Below the pieces are notes generated by a model that was given only the letters and a program-made list of their open reading frames with translations, did no database searches and was not told the origin of the DNA. A DNA stretch of 64,000 bases from Auanema rhodensis (taxonomy: Eukaryota; Animalia; Nematoda): assembly GCA_964057225.1 (NCBI GenBank), contig OZ059894.1, positions 10,602,001 to 10,666,000 of the forward strand, given 5' to 3'. Position 1 is the stretch's first letter. Every line of letters starts with the position of its first letter. A program made the translations under genes and the position numbers. Shown in pieces: positions 37,374-53,000 of this stretch.

Positions 37374-39183
37374 ATTGCTAATTCTGAACATAAAATAAAA
37401 TAAATTTAAGATAATATTGTTTTGCAGAAAAGAAAAAAAACTTTAAAATCAAATAATATATTAGAAAAGGAAAATATAGACAAATGATCAATTAACTACT
37501 TCCGGCTGTAGTAATTTGAATAACATTTTAAAAAAAGAGCATAAATGCTTTACTATACTAATTCTTATTATAATATACTATATATACTATATAAACTATA
37601 TAGTTATTAGTGTATTTTTACAATTTATTCCTTAATTTTAGAAATATATAAGGAAAATACAACCGTTCAATAGTTATTTATAAATTAAAATAAGAGAAGA
37701 AAATAAAAAGTGTTCACGTGGGATTTTCACGTATTCACATTTCATGTATTCGATCGAGAATGACAAGCAGATAGTATCCAGGAAAATAGCAAATTCAAAG
37801 TCTTTAACAGAAATGCTTAACTTAATGAGTTGTTACTCTCGACTTTAATTGAAGAAAAAGGAAAAGAGTATGTGACTCGTTTGTGTTCGTGATTCTACGC
37901 TTCGTTGCATTTCAGTTTGTGATGGGACATTACTCCTAACGCTCAATAGTGTAGAAAGAAAAGTTTTTGGTATTGAAAAGATGAAAAATAAAAGATATGA
38001 GATATATTTATATATAATATTATATATATACTATATCATATAGTATACTATATATATATAACTAATTCTTTTTTTCTTTAATTCAAAAATTTTTATAAAA
38101 AGTCACAAGAAAGTTATATTAGAATGTAATTTTATAAATATATTGAAAAGAAAATTAACAAATAATTAATAAAAAGATAAAAAAAGAATTTTCATGAAAT
38201 ATATGAGAAATTTAAAAAAAAATTGAATTATATTAGAAATAGAAAATGTAAAATTCTGTCAGCACTACATAATAGACAAAAGAAATCTGAGGGACATAGA
38301 ATTAGAAAAATGTTGGCAGTGGAATCTTCGCCATACGCTTGAATGGAGCAACTTGAAAGTGTGATCATGATTCCCGGCAAAGCTTCAATCTCTTCAGTCT
38401 TGTCTCCACCCTTGTATTTTTCTGCACACGCTTTCACTCATACTCTCTCTCTCTATATATCTCTCTATATCTCTCTCTATTTCTCTCCCTCACAACTCTC
38501 TTTAGATTCATAAGACACATTGAATGCATTTCTGCTCAGATTGCCTCATTTGATGCCAATTTCGCACAAAATCCGCGTGCTTGCTTGTTTTGTTCTCTTG
38601 TTATTTCAATTTATCAGCTTGATATATGTAGTTGCATGAAAACCAGTGTCAACTCAAATTTTCTCTTTTATTCTTCTTCTTCTCCCTTTTCTATTTCTTT
38701 TACAAAAAAGTTTCAAAATCAAGAATTCATCTAAGAAAGATCCATTAAACGATAACAACTTCCGATTACATTATAAGATTAAGCTTATATACATATGTAT
38801 TTTTATATATTTTTTTTAAAAAATATAAATATTAAATAAAGAAATAATTTAAATAATTAGTTAGTTATATACATACATACATATATAAAAATATTTTAAC
38901 CAAAAATTTATTTTCTGTAATGGAATATTAGAGCTTTAACCATTTTTTTTGCCTTGATATTCAATATTTAATTATATGATGAGAATATTACAATCACTAT
39001 TATTACTATTTGTTAAAAAAAAATTTTTTTTCGAGCATTTCAAAAGTAAAATGAAAATGTGGATATATCATGAAATGATTTGAAATATCTGATAAATGAC
39101 CATCATTAATTTGAATAATTATCACGCTACAAAGATTAATTTGTTAGTTTAATCTAGAACAATTTGAGTTTTTATTAGAAAAA

Positions 39184-39329
<146 letters not shown>

Positions 39330-39970
39330 AAGCTATATAGAAGGGTCACAAGTCTTTCTATTTATACAAATAGTTTTTTAATATTAATAAAATATATTTA
39401 TATATAATTTAATAAAATAAAAACAAAAAATAAAATAATGAATTGAATAAATCTTTTCTTAGTTATTTCTTTTGTGAAACAATTTGAAGTTAAATTATAT
39501 TATTTTTCGTAGAATAGTTGGTCATAAAACAAAGAAAGTTACTGATCTATTTTAATAAATTGAAAAACAAAGAAAATTTGTAAAAGAATTTTGGTATATT
39601 CAGATGCGATTGAGATGCGATTCAGTTCATATTTTTGTATTTTAAATAAGAAAAGATGTTTATGTAAGGTAACTGATCCATATTGGATATAATAGTTAAT
39701 CTTTAAATAGAAAAAACATAGGAAAAGAAGAAAGAAAGGAGACAACAAACAACAAAGAAATATTATATTATTGATAAATTTCTATTTTTTTCTTTTTTTT
39801 TGATTCAAATTAAACAACATATTATATATAAATAGAAAAGAAGGTTAAATGATGTTGAGTTAATGCTGGAGATACAACTCATAGCACTATACATACATAC
39901 ATATACATGGACATCTAAGCTGACTGAGTGAAGAATGTACTTAGAAAGTGAGAAAAGAGATAGAAAGAAG

Positions 39971-39975
39971 GATAG

Positions 39976-40022
<47 letters not shown>
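39971..40022. repeat. (GATA)n/(GA)n compound microsatellite
   Basis: Seen directly. Confidence 0.9.
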
Positions 40023-40028
<6 letters not shown>

Positions 40029-40829
40029 TAGAAAATAGAATGAAAATACCCATGTATATTTATATATTACTAAGTATGTGCGAACTTCAAAAAAATTGAA
40101 AGAAGTAGAAAAGTTTTTAAAATTTCAAAGTTTTATACTTCAAATTCCTATAAGCTGTTATCTAGTATTACCATAAAATAGCTCCTAGGAAAACTGAAAA
40201 TTAAACGATTTTGTGAAATATAGATAGAAATTGGAAAAAAGAAACGTATGGCTATTAAAAGTTTGATAGAAAAATATATTGAAGTGGAGCAATAAATCCA
40301 AATAGAAAAATAGCTAAATAATCAAATTGAATGAAAGCTAAAGCTAGTATTGTGTAGTTGAGTATGCTACAAGTCTTAGAATGTTTCTTTATGAAATGAT
40401 TCATTTTTCCAATTGAACAGCAGAAGCTTGCATCTGTTTGAGTGGTGGGAAGTAATAGAATCAGATGAGGAAATTGAACTCAACTACTAAATATACGAAG
40501 GTAATTCTCTGAGCTTTGAGATAAAATCCAAAATTCGAAGTCACAAGCAACTCAGATACGTTTTCTGAATTGTCATCACGCAGAGCAGAATGTTGGGAAG
40601 CAGAAACATATATTAAATAGCTAGAGTGATTTTTTAGAGAAAATATACTATGCAATAGTCTGAGAAAAATGAGAAAAAAACAATTGTTTTGACAATCAAC
40701 CTCTCCGTCGTTCTGCTTCTTTTCGTCCTCCTTCATACACCATCGTCGCCTTTTTTAATCTGCTTTCACTCTTTTTTACTTTAGATATAACTTTTTATTC
40801 ATCTATAGCTTTTTCTCTCTTTCTCTCCC

Positions 40830-40856
<27 letters not shown>
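40830..40856. repeat. (CT)n microsatellite
   Basis: Seen directly. Confidence 0.9.
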
Positions 40857-40860
<4 letters not shown>

Positions 40861-43800
40861 ATTTAGATGTTCACTCTTTTAATTCCATGTCCTCCTTCAA
40901 TATACCCTGAGTTACTTCATCTACTTTACTTGTCACAAACACACATGACCCCTTTCCTCCTTTTCCTATCATTCTCTTCCAGATACTGCTGGGAAAGCGC
41001 AAGGACACATGAAAGCGGAAAAACATGAAAATGAATAGAAAAGGGAGAGAATAAGCTTGTAATCGGGCTCCAGCAACTCGACTAGCAATAACTACACGGT
41101 GCATGTCAGAATAAGGAACAACAGAAACAGCTTGTAATGATGTTGATGACTATCACAGCTTGAATAGATAGCATTGGACAAGAGCGAATGAAAGAGTGAG
41201 GCATTGTGCAATGTTGAATATTCTGGTTTTCGATCGCTTTTTCTAATTAACAGGATGACAAGGATGTTGGAAAAAATACACGAAGGTAACACAATTCAGT
41301 TAGTTAGTTAGTAATTCAGTCATTTAGTTTGTATGTGAAGCCTTTTATAATGGATGATATAAGAAATGAAGGATGCCGTTTGCCAATCAATACTATGTAG
41401 TCTCCCAAAGAGACCAACATCAGCAGCAGCAGCCAAAAGCAGTAGAAGAGGCAGAACGGCTCTTGCCTCCAGCTATATATGGCCGGCACATGTACACTCT
41501 TACTTGTGAAGATAGAAAGAGCTAAAAATGGGAGAGATGGAGAAAGATAGAAGAACAAAGAGAGAATAAGAGAAAAACATTGATATTGGAAGAGGTAGTG
41601 AAAAAGAAGAGTGAGCAAAATTAGGAGGGAAAAATGGGAGTAAAAGAGAGTGAGAGACATAGAGTAAAAGAAAAAAAGAAAGAGAGAAAGACGAAAGGGG
41701 CACTTTGATGTCGAAAATGAAAGCAGGATAGATGAGATGGGATGGAGTAGGATGAGAAATAGGTTAGACATAAGTAAACACATTGATTATCAATCATGAA
41801 ATATATAAGATCTTACTACATTACTATATGTTAGAAATTCTTAATTATACGATAAGATCAAGAAAAATAATATTTTTCTATAATTCAGTTGATATTTATT
41901 TTAAAATTTAAATATAATAAAAATAAATTATTTTAACTATTATTTAACAAAAATTTCTATTTATAAATTAAGAATTTTAAAGAATTTTATTCAAAAAAAA
42001 AAAGATTTTTCTTTTAATTTTAAAGTATAAAATAAGGATTTCAGTTGTAGTTTGATTGGAATAGAAGGGTAGCAAAAGATGCATAAGGGGGTTCGTTTTT
42101 CTCTCTTGTTGTTAGATCTGTGGCAAGCCAATTATGGATGTATTGTGAAATGAGATTCCAAGATTGCTTACATTAGAACAAGATATTTTTCCTGAAAATC
42201 TCTATTTCAATAAAAATTGTCATTTTTTCCACCAAACATACAATAATGTAAATGTACCTTTTGATGTTTTTTTTTTTATAAATAAATAAATAAAAAACAA
42301 AAGAATTTTGAAAACAAGAAAAGACAATAGATTGTATATACATATACTATACATATATATATATATATAGTTATATATAAATAATTGAGGATTAAATTAA
42401 AAAATTTTTAAATTATTTCATCTAATATATCATTTCTTTCTTCTTTTTTTTGTCTTTTAAAAGTATATCTTGTCAAATAAGAAACATTGAATGTCATTCA
42501 TTCATAATATGTATGTTGCAATGACTTACTGACATAGGATAAATTACAAAATAAGGAAAATATTATGTTCAATACCAATTTTTGTCCAATAAGCTTCCTT
42601 AATAACAAGTGAAAAATAAAAGAAAATCAAGAACAATTAAGGGAATAAGCTTGCAAACCAATTTTTTTCCAATAGAATTAACTTTTTTTTACAAAAAAAA
42701 ATGTATTGTATGAAAGAAAAAAGCAAGAAAAATATTTTTTTCGAGCGTACGACATTGGACATGAAGTTTGAAACTCGGGGCAAGTTGGACAGCTATCAAT
42801 GATTTTATGTCCAAAGTTTTTTCAGTTTTGCAAAAAAAAGTCAGAAGAAGTTCAAGAAAGAAAGTTAGTTAAAACTATATAAATATATTTGAAATACACA
42901 ACTATTTTCATTTTTTATTTTTTAAAAAATTGAATTGAAAACTTAATAAACTTTGATTAAACTCTTTATATGTCATTCATTATTTAAAAGAAGAATAATG
43001 AAAAAAAGTAATAAAATAAAGAATAAAAGAAGAATTTCTTAATGAAAATTCATATTTATTGTATAATAGAAATATTATATTTCATCATAAATAGAGAAAA
43101 AAGATTATTTTTCTTAATGAAAATGTTTAATTTATTGAGTTTTTAGATTGGATTGGATGAAGCACTACTGATATAACTGATAATCAAAAAGCTCTTTCTT
43201 TATCTTATAATTCTATTACTTTTCTTATTTTTCTTCAAAAATAAGAAAATGGTTATAGTTTTTTTTATAAAAAGAAGAATATACGAATAAATGCTCTTTC
43301 ACTTTAACTTCAAAAATGAATTTCCTCCGGCAATCACACAAAAACTTTTTTGAGTCCAATTTTGCTCTTGATTGGTTTGAAATTTGAATTGGATGTCCTT
43401 TGGCATTTCGTTTTGAAGTAGCCTAATAGACGATAAGAATTCATTTTTAGATCTTTTCATCCTTTTCTTTTCATCTTTCATCATCTTTTCATCTTTCTAT
43501 CTATTCATATTTTATCTTTTCTTCATTCATTTCTTAACTTTACGTATCTACTCAACTTTTACTTCCTACTATCTATCTATCTATCTATACATATACATAC
43601 ATACATAGCTATATATATATAATATTTTCTTTTTTTATAAAATAAAGAAAAAGTTAATTTAAAATATAAAATGATGATGATGCTATTAAATCTTTTATTA
43701 TGTATTTATGATAATTATAATAATAATTATTATAATATTTATAATTATTCATATAAAATATGATAATTCTGTTTTTTTTTCCTTTTGAGTATAATCATAT

Positions 43801-46800
43801 TCATATAAATTTACTTAATTTACACAGTTACTTACATAGAAAGTTGGAGATTTTTCTAAATGGAAAAAGGAACTTACGAGAACATATCGACACACAGGAT
43901 ATTAGAATTTCTGATTGAACCATCAATATACAGATTATAATCCAATATATTTTATATAATATTCAATATAAAATAACTAATAATAGTATTGATAATAATA
44001 ATAATATTGTATATGAAAAGATTAAAAAGAAAAAATTTTTTTTTGAAATATTATTTGCAATATGAATGATTATATTCATTTTATGTATTTATATAGTACA
44101 TACATAGTATATAAGAATGTTTTAAATAATGTAAAGAAGAAGTTTCTTCTAAAATTCAACCGGTCATTCATGTAAAATTTCAATGAAATGAGATCGCACA
44201 CGTGAAAATTAAAGTAAATATGCTAATTTCCAATAAAATTATTCAAATGTTCATCTGTATAGCTAACTAGATAAATGTGAATTCTTTAAAATATACTGTT
44301 GCTCAATAATCAACTAATCCCTAACTAACTATATGTAGATATTATATTATTTGATTATATTAAATATATTCCAAATAATTTTTTTCATACTCGAATACAT
44401 CTTGCACAGAAAATGGTTAAGAATTATTCGAAGTGAATAGTAATAGCCTGGGATAAAGGAGCCAAGTGGTAGACACTTGAATCTTGAACGAAACATCTGT
44501 CCTCGATATGAGGTTGCATGAGATTGAAGAGTGAATTAAAAACTAAAAAAAAGGAAATGAAGAGCATATTACAGTATTTCTAATCTTTTTGATTTTCGAT
44601 AAAATTTAATAAAAAATTATGAGAATGAAGAATTGAGATTGAGATTTGTCTTTAATTACAATTCTTTTTCTCTTTTCTTTCCTTTTTTTTTTTGTTTAAA
44701 TTTGCTTAACATATATGTATATTTTACTTAAATTATTGAAAAACACGTGCTGCTCATGAATCATTTATTTTTCTTCAATTTCCATGAGGATTATCTGCTC
44801 TTCCTCTTCTGATGTATTCGTTCATTGACCGACCGGCCGATCGACCGAAATTTCCGATATGATGATGATTGCGTCATAATCTGGAGAGGCAGCCGACATC
44901 CGTATAAGGTGAGTACCAGAAGGCAGGTGGCATACCTTTACCATCTCGGCTTCTCAAGTGTTTTTTCGTCGTCGCAACCACTTCTTCTAAATTGAAATGC
45001 AGATGCTTTCATATTTGGTCTTGAGCAATACGATATGACACAGTATAAAGTAGTAATACTGTATATTCTATATAAAATAATTTCCTCAATATACTATGTG
45101 TATATGAATTTTATCTTATATTAATTATTATTATATTATAATTAATTATATTTAGCTATAAAACAAAATAAATTCCCTATACCTAATAACAAAAGTAATG
45201 CTGTCACATTCCACGCACCTTGAGGGCGAGAAACCCAAACAGTTTGAGCAGCACTCCGTCATGCCAGATGATGGCCATCAAAGCCAGGCACCGACCGAAA
45301 TTCATCATACAAATAGATCGGCATTTCGGCGCATGATCATCATTGAAGCGATTCTTACCTCAACAAACAACAAATCGACTTCCTTATATGGCTCAAAGAG
45401 AACGTTAAAGGAAACGATAGTAGGAAGCAACGAAGCATTTCATGAAAAGTCATGAAATATCGTGACTGGTAGTGTTTTTCAATGATTTTTCATAGGTAAA
45501 ATCAACAAAAAAAAATATTTTAGATCATTAAAATATAATTTTATAAAATAGTTTGTTATATCTTTATATTTTCTTTTACTAACCAAGGCTTTGAAATATT
45601 CAAATAGTTTGTATAAGAAAGCTTAACTATAAGTACTTATTAGGATTTTGATTCCTTTAGATTACAACACTTGTATTTTCAACAACTTTACCAACAACTT
45701 GATCATTCTTAATCCACTTTATCATTCAAAAGTGTTGTATATTTGAGAATAATCTTTCATACAGTATAGTATTTCAACTGTTCAACAACTCTCATTCAGT
45801 TATAATTCTCATCTGTCAATCAAAATTATGATTAGACTTAGCTTAATCCCTAATCTGTTTCGTTTGCGTTGCCATACTCGTCTTTATTTCTCTCTTTTCC
45901 TTTCAATGTGCGGGTAAATGAGTCCCAAGTCTGATTGGTTAGACAACCTGATACCGTATATGCTCATCTCTTCTTTTTCATCTTCTCTCCTAAAGTTTGT
46001 TTGTATAAGAGCTTACGCTGTATAAGCAATTACTAGACAGGAAATCGGCAGTTAGATGAAGAAAACCGTTTTGTGGATATGCCGATACACGGTAAAGCTT
46101 AAGCGAAGCGCCAAAAAAAACAGAAATAACTTCAAGATGTAACCGACTGAACTGACAGGAAGTTAGCAATTACTTTACATATGTATATAGTTATAATACA
46201 TAGTTAAATGTATATTTACTATACAATCGTTTCCTTTAGATCAAACTATTATCTGAAAATACGGTAATTTGAAGGAAAAGTTGTATTCCCATAGAATGGT
46301 TCGAAAATTTCCTGAGCAGTTTTCTCAAACTGTCACAAGAAGGCCTGCTGCGACAGACGCCATTAGCATGAGGCTATTGTGCTATTAGATTCTAAAAGAA
46401 CTTGTGAACTATATATAATATGCATAGTTAAAGGTGTTATAAAGGTTATGAGATTCTCATGCAATTAGACAGACGGTCCTACTAGCAATATGCTTAAACG
46501 AGCATTTATAGGTTGAAAGGACACACACTAGGTGTGAAGATTATAAGACAGTTTTTCATAAAATACAATAACTTACTATGCCATATCTACTGTGTTTTGA
46601 GAGGATATAGCATAGTTAGGTTAAAGAGTTAAATGGTCATATGTTACTGTTTTCTTTCATACATATATCAAGCCTGTCATGTATTATATATAGATAATGA
46701 TGGATGTAAGGTGTGAAATTGGCTAAATTTCAATATTTCTGTATAAACTCAGGTGATCAGTTATTCACAGTTTTCTCGATAAGTCAAAGTTATTGTTCAA

Positions 46801-49072
46801 ATACAGCTGTTCCGTGACTGGACTTAGTTTCTAAACTATAGGTGCTAAAGGATATAATCAGCGGGAGTCTGAGAGTGAAGAACGTTTTGACATTAAGTGT
46901 CACCTCATGGTCACGGCAATATCTAGCACTTGTTTTAACTGAACATATGTATGTAAATCTGTATAAACTAGGCCATTTAATTAATTTTTAAAAACAAAAA
47001 CATATAATTAAAATATTAAAATATAAATTATTTAATTATAATTTTATATTATATAACCGCTAAATAAGTTTAATAACATTCAAATGATATGTATGTTACG
47101 TGTGACGTCACGTGCGTATATGATTAGCATATTACAGTTCATATATTATTATTTATATTCATAAACATAGATCATTTCCGGAAAATTAATTTAAAAATTA
47201 TATTTTGAAATAGTAAAAGAGAGGTAAATGTCTTAAGTTGTAACATGATACTAATTCCATAATTATATAATATAGTTAATATAATATCATATTACATACA
47301 TATATTACCTCCAGGTAGAAATATATAAAATATTATTATATAAATAAAAATAAATACTTAACTATATCTATATATTTAAAAATATTTATTATAATTAAAA
47401 GAAGTTATACATAACTGAATGATCATACATCTATTCAATTATACCTTATGTAAACATTTGAATGAAAATAAATATTTAATTCCGGAAATGAGCATTTTTC
47501 TTTTGAATAAGATCAACTTCATCTTATTTATATATTTAAGAGTTTTAGAACAATAAAAGTTTGTAAAGTTGAAGAAAGAAGAACATTATTCGCGCATGTT
47601 GACTAAACTAATGTCAATTCATTATTTTCTATATAAAACAAATAATATTTTATAATATATATTGTGAATTAGAATTAATAAATATTTATTAAGTAAATTA
47701 ATTATATTTACTATATTTTATTAGTTAACTATATGTATATAAATTTATAATAATCATATTACCCTATAATCTATTCGACATTATGTTTTTGGAATAAAAA
47801 ATAAAAAAAAAAGAATTTAAAGAAGTTAAAGGAAGAAGCCGAAAACTATATTTGAGGACATCTATACAGATGTAAAAGATATATATTTGCTATGTCAACT
47901 TATATGATATCAGTTAATACAGATGTCTTTTACCTTTATTAATCCGATCTGTTTATACCCTAATCGTTTCTTTTTTCGGTTTTATGTTTACATAATAATC
48001 ATACCGACACAGACTAGTTAACGATATGTTCTTCAGAAAGCATTGAAAGCTCTTAATGAATGTACTTAAGTTTGTCCTTTGATGACCTTAAAACCAAAAA
48101 AATGAAGCTTAAAAGCTTCTTTTGTCTCTTAGCTTCGAAAGAGTTGAGCCGACAAGAGACAGACATCTTTCCTCTTTAAATGACTACCACATGCTCCCTA
48201 TTTTGGGTGATAAGCAGCACACTCGGCATGCTTTGAGTTTGCTCTTTGTTCAAGACACATGGCTCTTTTCATACTTTTTCTCTTATAAAAATCAAAACGC
48301 AAAGAAATATGTTACGATAAGTATCAATCGCTTCTTCTATATACTTTCATCTTTTCAAATAGTAGATTCATTTCAAAAACTCTTGTTTATCTTGTAAAAA
48401 GGAAGTCAAAATCTTCTTTGTATAAATTCATTATAACTATAACTAAATAAAAAAATTATTTTTTTTTTAAATCAACTTAGTATGTATATCCTATCCCCCC
48501 TAACAAGGTAGGTACTTGAGTCTTGATGTACCGTAATCTAACGGATGTGCACCCTATAGCCATTGCGCAACCAAGAATTATGTTGCTCCTTCGTCTTCAT
48601 TGGCCCTTTAATCATTTGGTCAACCGACGTCACACATAGCTATACGCATAGTTAATGCTATTAGTTTTATTACAAGACACCTTCTTAATATCTAATTATC
48701 TAATTGATTGTTCATCCTATTAACCGAGTTGAGCCGACATAGATATGCAGCACACCTACCATTGCTCCATGGTTTGTACATCCCGACATGGCTATTAAAG
48801 GCTGCAGTCTCTATCCAGTAGTCTTACTTAACGAGAAAAATCAGATATCAGTGAATGATCATCCCTCCCTACAGCTAAATCTGACAGGAGTCAGAAAGTG
48901 GCCACCATATGTGCGGACTTTTTGCTTTAGTCAGTTCCCAACATCAGCACGACAATGGAGTATAACACGGACATGACGTTGAGCATCGTCTTGACCCATC
49001 TTTGTCTGTTTCGTTGTGAATAGGCGAGAAGAGGTAGTAGCACATACATACAGATGTGTGTGTGGGGTTCGA

Positions 49073-49104
<32 letters not shown>

Positions 49105-50097
49105 GGAGAGAAGGATGTGCAAGTTGATGAACAATTTCTATAAACGAACGATCACTTCTTTACCATCACAACTACCACTTCATCAATCTTTCTTTCTCTC
49201 TTTTCTCTAAGTTATGCTCTCTCTTCATAAGGTGATAGAAAGGGAATTCATTCAAAACGTTAAGTGGTCATCTCCATACAAGGAACATGAAATACACCTT
49301 TTATTCTTCATTAATAGACGTAGAATCTGTCCAATGGACATAGTATTCAATCTCAAGTATGTTGATCTGAAGGTCTGCTTCATTGTATGTCTTGCTAACT
49401 ATGAATATGTCTGTCTCATGTCATCGACGTCTTCGTCGACGTTGTCGCGTCAAATTCGGTTGAAGGCGGCACCAGTACCGTAACCCGCAGCCACTTGCTG
49501 GTTGGCTGATTCACAGTCCGCGTCGCCTTTAAGGCTTCGCTTGATTAAACATACAGATGGAGGAAGAATTGCCATGTGTAGACACACATTTTGGAGAAAA
49601 AGAAAGATTTCCACTAATAAATATTGTAGTAATTATGCGTATATAGTTAATAAAATAAATAAAAAGAAGTATATGTAAGAGTTTTCCTTTATTTATATAA
49701 TTTGATACAGAAAACAGCTCTGATACAGGACAACATCAATATAAAAATGAATAATTTAAGAACTATACTATATGTACAAGATTGTGCAGAACTGAATTGG
49801 TCCCACCATAAACGACCTGTGATTTATAGGGAGAAAAGAGGTTTGAAATCTGCATTTACTAAATGATACAATTAAATGAATTATGAGAACTAATATTATG
49901 AAATATAAAATCTTTTTTGTGTCAAGAAAACAAAAAATACATAGTTATATATGCATATGGCTAGCCTAATGACCATACAAGGCTGCTGTTTTGAAACTAA
50001 ATTATTACAAATTTTTAGGAGAGAACAGGAGGGAAAACATCAATGGAAAAGTGACAATTATAATTGAATGTATGAGATATAATTGAAAAATACATAT

Positions 50098-53000
50098 TTA
50101 GAACTTAGTTGTGGTAGTGAAGGGATGGGGATAGAAGTTGGATGGAGGAAAATCCGATGGTGGGAAAGACAAGAATTGAGGATTGTAGCTACCGTTAGAT
50201 GGATATATCTGAAAAATCAAAAATTTAATAAAAAAGAATTTTTAAGAAGAAAATCAAATTTATTTTCATTTCTTTTTCTATATTTTCAGCTTAAGCTTTC
50301 TCTTTCTTCTGAAATCGAGCCGGCTGCACATCAAGTGCCCGTAATGCGATTGGTAAGCAATCCAGTTATAGAATCATAACTAGTAACCAACAGATGTTTG
50401 TGCTTTACAAATACAATTTCATTTTTGAAATTTTTAATTCAATTTCTCAGAAAGATTTTCATTTCTTTTCTTTATATTTGGATATTATAATTATAATTAC
50501 CTGAGGATAAAGTCCAATTTCTGGTAAACATGATGAATCATTAATATTGGAGGATGAGAATACGGTAGCTGATTTCTCCATTGGATCTACATCAGCTTTA
50601 ATATCAATTGAAGCAGCTCTGAAATAACTAAGAATAAGAATATAAATTATAAATTGATTCAGAATTTGTTAAATATTGATTAGAGCTTTGGTTAAAAAAA
50701 ACTTACTGTGGACTCTCAGTTCCACTGGTGTGTGAATTGGGTGAAACGCTTTCTTCTCCAGTTCCATTAAGACTTGGCTCTCCAGAAGCCAAACGACGAT
50801 CACGTTCGTTTCTCTTGTGCTTGTAACGTTGATTTTGGAACCAAATTTTAACCTTAAAATAGAAAAGAATTAGGAAGGACATCTGATGAATAGTTTAGTT
50901 ATTTAACTATTTTCCCTCTATCGGAAACGGAAAGCAAGTGAATGCCAAACAATCATCCAATAGGCCACAGCACCCGTTCTGTCAATGTGCTACTACCGTA
51001 ATTGGCTAAGATTGCCGAGTGTCGGGACCCGTTTGTATAGCAAAAGAAACTTGCTGCTTAGCTTGTTATGTATTAAAAGAAAAACGACCAAAAGAGAAGA
51101 ACAAGAAGAAAAAGAAGAAAACCAGTGTAGAAGTTTTCTTATATTCTTAAACTTTGTCATTAAAGACAACAAAGAGAGGAAGATTCAGACTACACATCAA
51201 GATAACCTTGTGTTAATTCATTTTGGAAAAAAATATGAAAATGAATGAAACTACAAACCTGAGTTGAAGTTAAGCCGATAGCACGAGCTAATTCCTCGCG
51301 ACTTTGTGAAGTAAGATACTTGTTAACTTTGAAAGCTTTCTCCAATTCAATAACCTATAAGACAAATTTATAAGAAAATCAATTTCTACCTTCAATGTGT
51401 ACCTGTTGTTGAGTGAAGAGATTGCGACGTTTACGGGAACGACCTGGTTGGCTTACAGCTAAAGGGCTGGTAGTTAGTGGTCCAATAGGATTGAAACGAT
51501 TCACTGAAACAATTAAAGAATAAGATACTTTAAAAGACTTAATATATAAAGAGTTAGATACATATTTTAACAAAATATTTGACTTTCATATATCCTGCTG
51601 TTTTTTGGCTAATAGCCTAATAGTACCAGCATTTATTGGCATACCATGGTAAAACATTTAGGTCGCTTTGTTGCTGTTCCTTCTAACAGCAATAATAAGC
51701 AAATATATTTAAGGACATCAAGCTAGGTGTCATGTAAATGTCTTCGTTCTATAGTCCATCTTTCTTTAAAGAAGAAAGATCAAATGAAAGAGAGAGAAAT
51801 AGAGAGATATAAATGTTCTTGACCTGATAGAGCTTAATGTGGAGAGAAGAGAGTGGAACAAGCAGGAAGTTAAAACAACAAACTTGATACCAAACATGAT
51901 GACAGTCAATACAGTAAGATCGTATTAGAATCTTCTGAAGAGATGCTTCACAGTCTGAGCTTCCATCTAAGCTTTACCATATTTGATATCAAATACATAC
52001 AAGATGTATCGTTTGGATGATATTGAATTGCCTAATGCCTCTCTCATCAAATCTCAGATATTATTTCTTTTTCCCTTAATTAATGATTTGCCAACAACCT
52101 TATTAGTATTTCTCTCAATCAATTGCTATTGAAATGAGATCAAGATGACCATTCAGTAGTTTTTCTCATCGAAGTGTTGTACACTAATCCACTAAACAGC
52201 TTCAAGAGGAAATGAGATTTAGAATTACCCATAGATATGAGCATGATCTTACCTATCCATATACATAGGTAGCACTGATATGACCTTGTTTAATAGATAG
52301 GATTATGACACTAGTGACGTCATGTATATACTATGTAATCTATACCGTTCACGTAACATACTTGAAATATCATAAATGGCCTGGAAATAGTAGACGATAG
52401 CAAATAGCTTGCTTCTACCTGATCATGCTAAGGAGCCAAATTTTGTTTTGTTTTCTGATGGATCACTTGTGGACTTTGCTTAACCTATAGCGCAAGATAT
52501 CTATCACACTTCATCAGCAAGTACTTCAAACCTCATAATGACTACGCAATATGAAAATTCGATCGTTTTCCACAATACGCAATTTCACAAGAAACTCAAT
52601 AAGAATTATACAGGATAGTACTTCCTATTCCGTAATTCTCATGACTAATCTTAATGAATTCGGATCATCAGACTCACAAGCTGACCATACTTTGACTCGA
52701 CCTGATGTCAGCCACTTGAAAAACAACAATTTGGAATGAGGCCAAGATTGAAGTACGGTAGACAGATGGTCCTTTATTATCATTTTTTTCCGTTATGGCA
52801 CAGTTAGATTATTAAATTTTGATTTGAAAAAAAGTGAGTTATACCCTGAATGGTATGTTATATGAGGACTATAGGTAGAAGACCTAAACGTTTACATGGA
52901 TCGCCAAGTGAGTGGGAAAAAAGGAAAAACTGGTTGCGTTTTCAATTCTTTTCTTCTGTTTATACTACGTCTCTATGTGTAGGAAGTCTCAGGCTAAATT

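Noticed and set aside
44165-44212. bantam/miR-58-like seed TGAGATC as a miRNA
   Set aside because: The fold-back is too short and poorly paired for a pre-miRNA.
51625-51682. Possible extra exon of the homeobox gene
   Set aside because: Available donors give the wrong phase; the 53829-53771 exon joins in frame instead.
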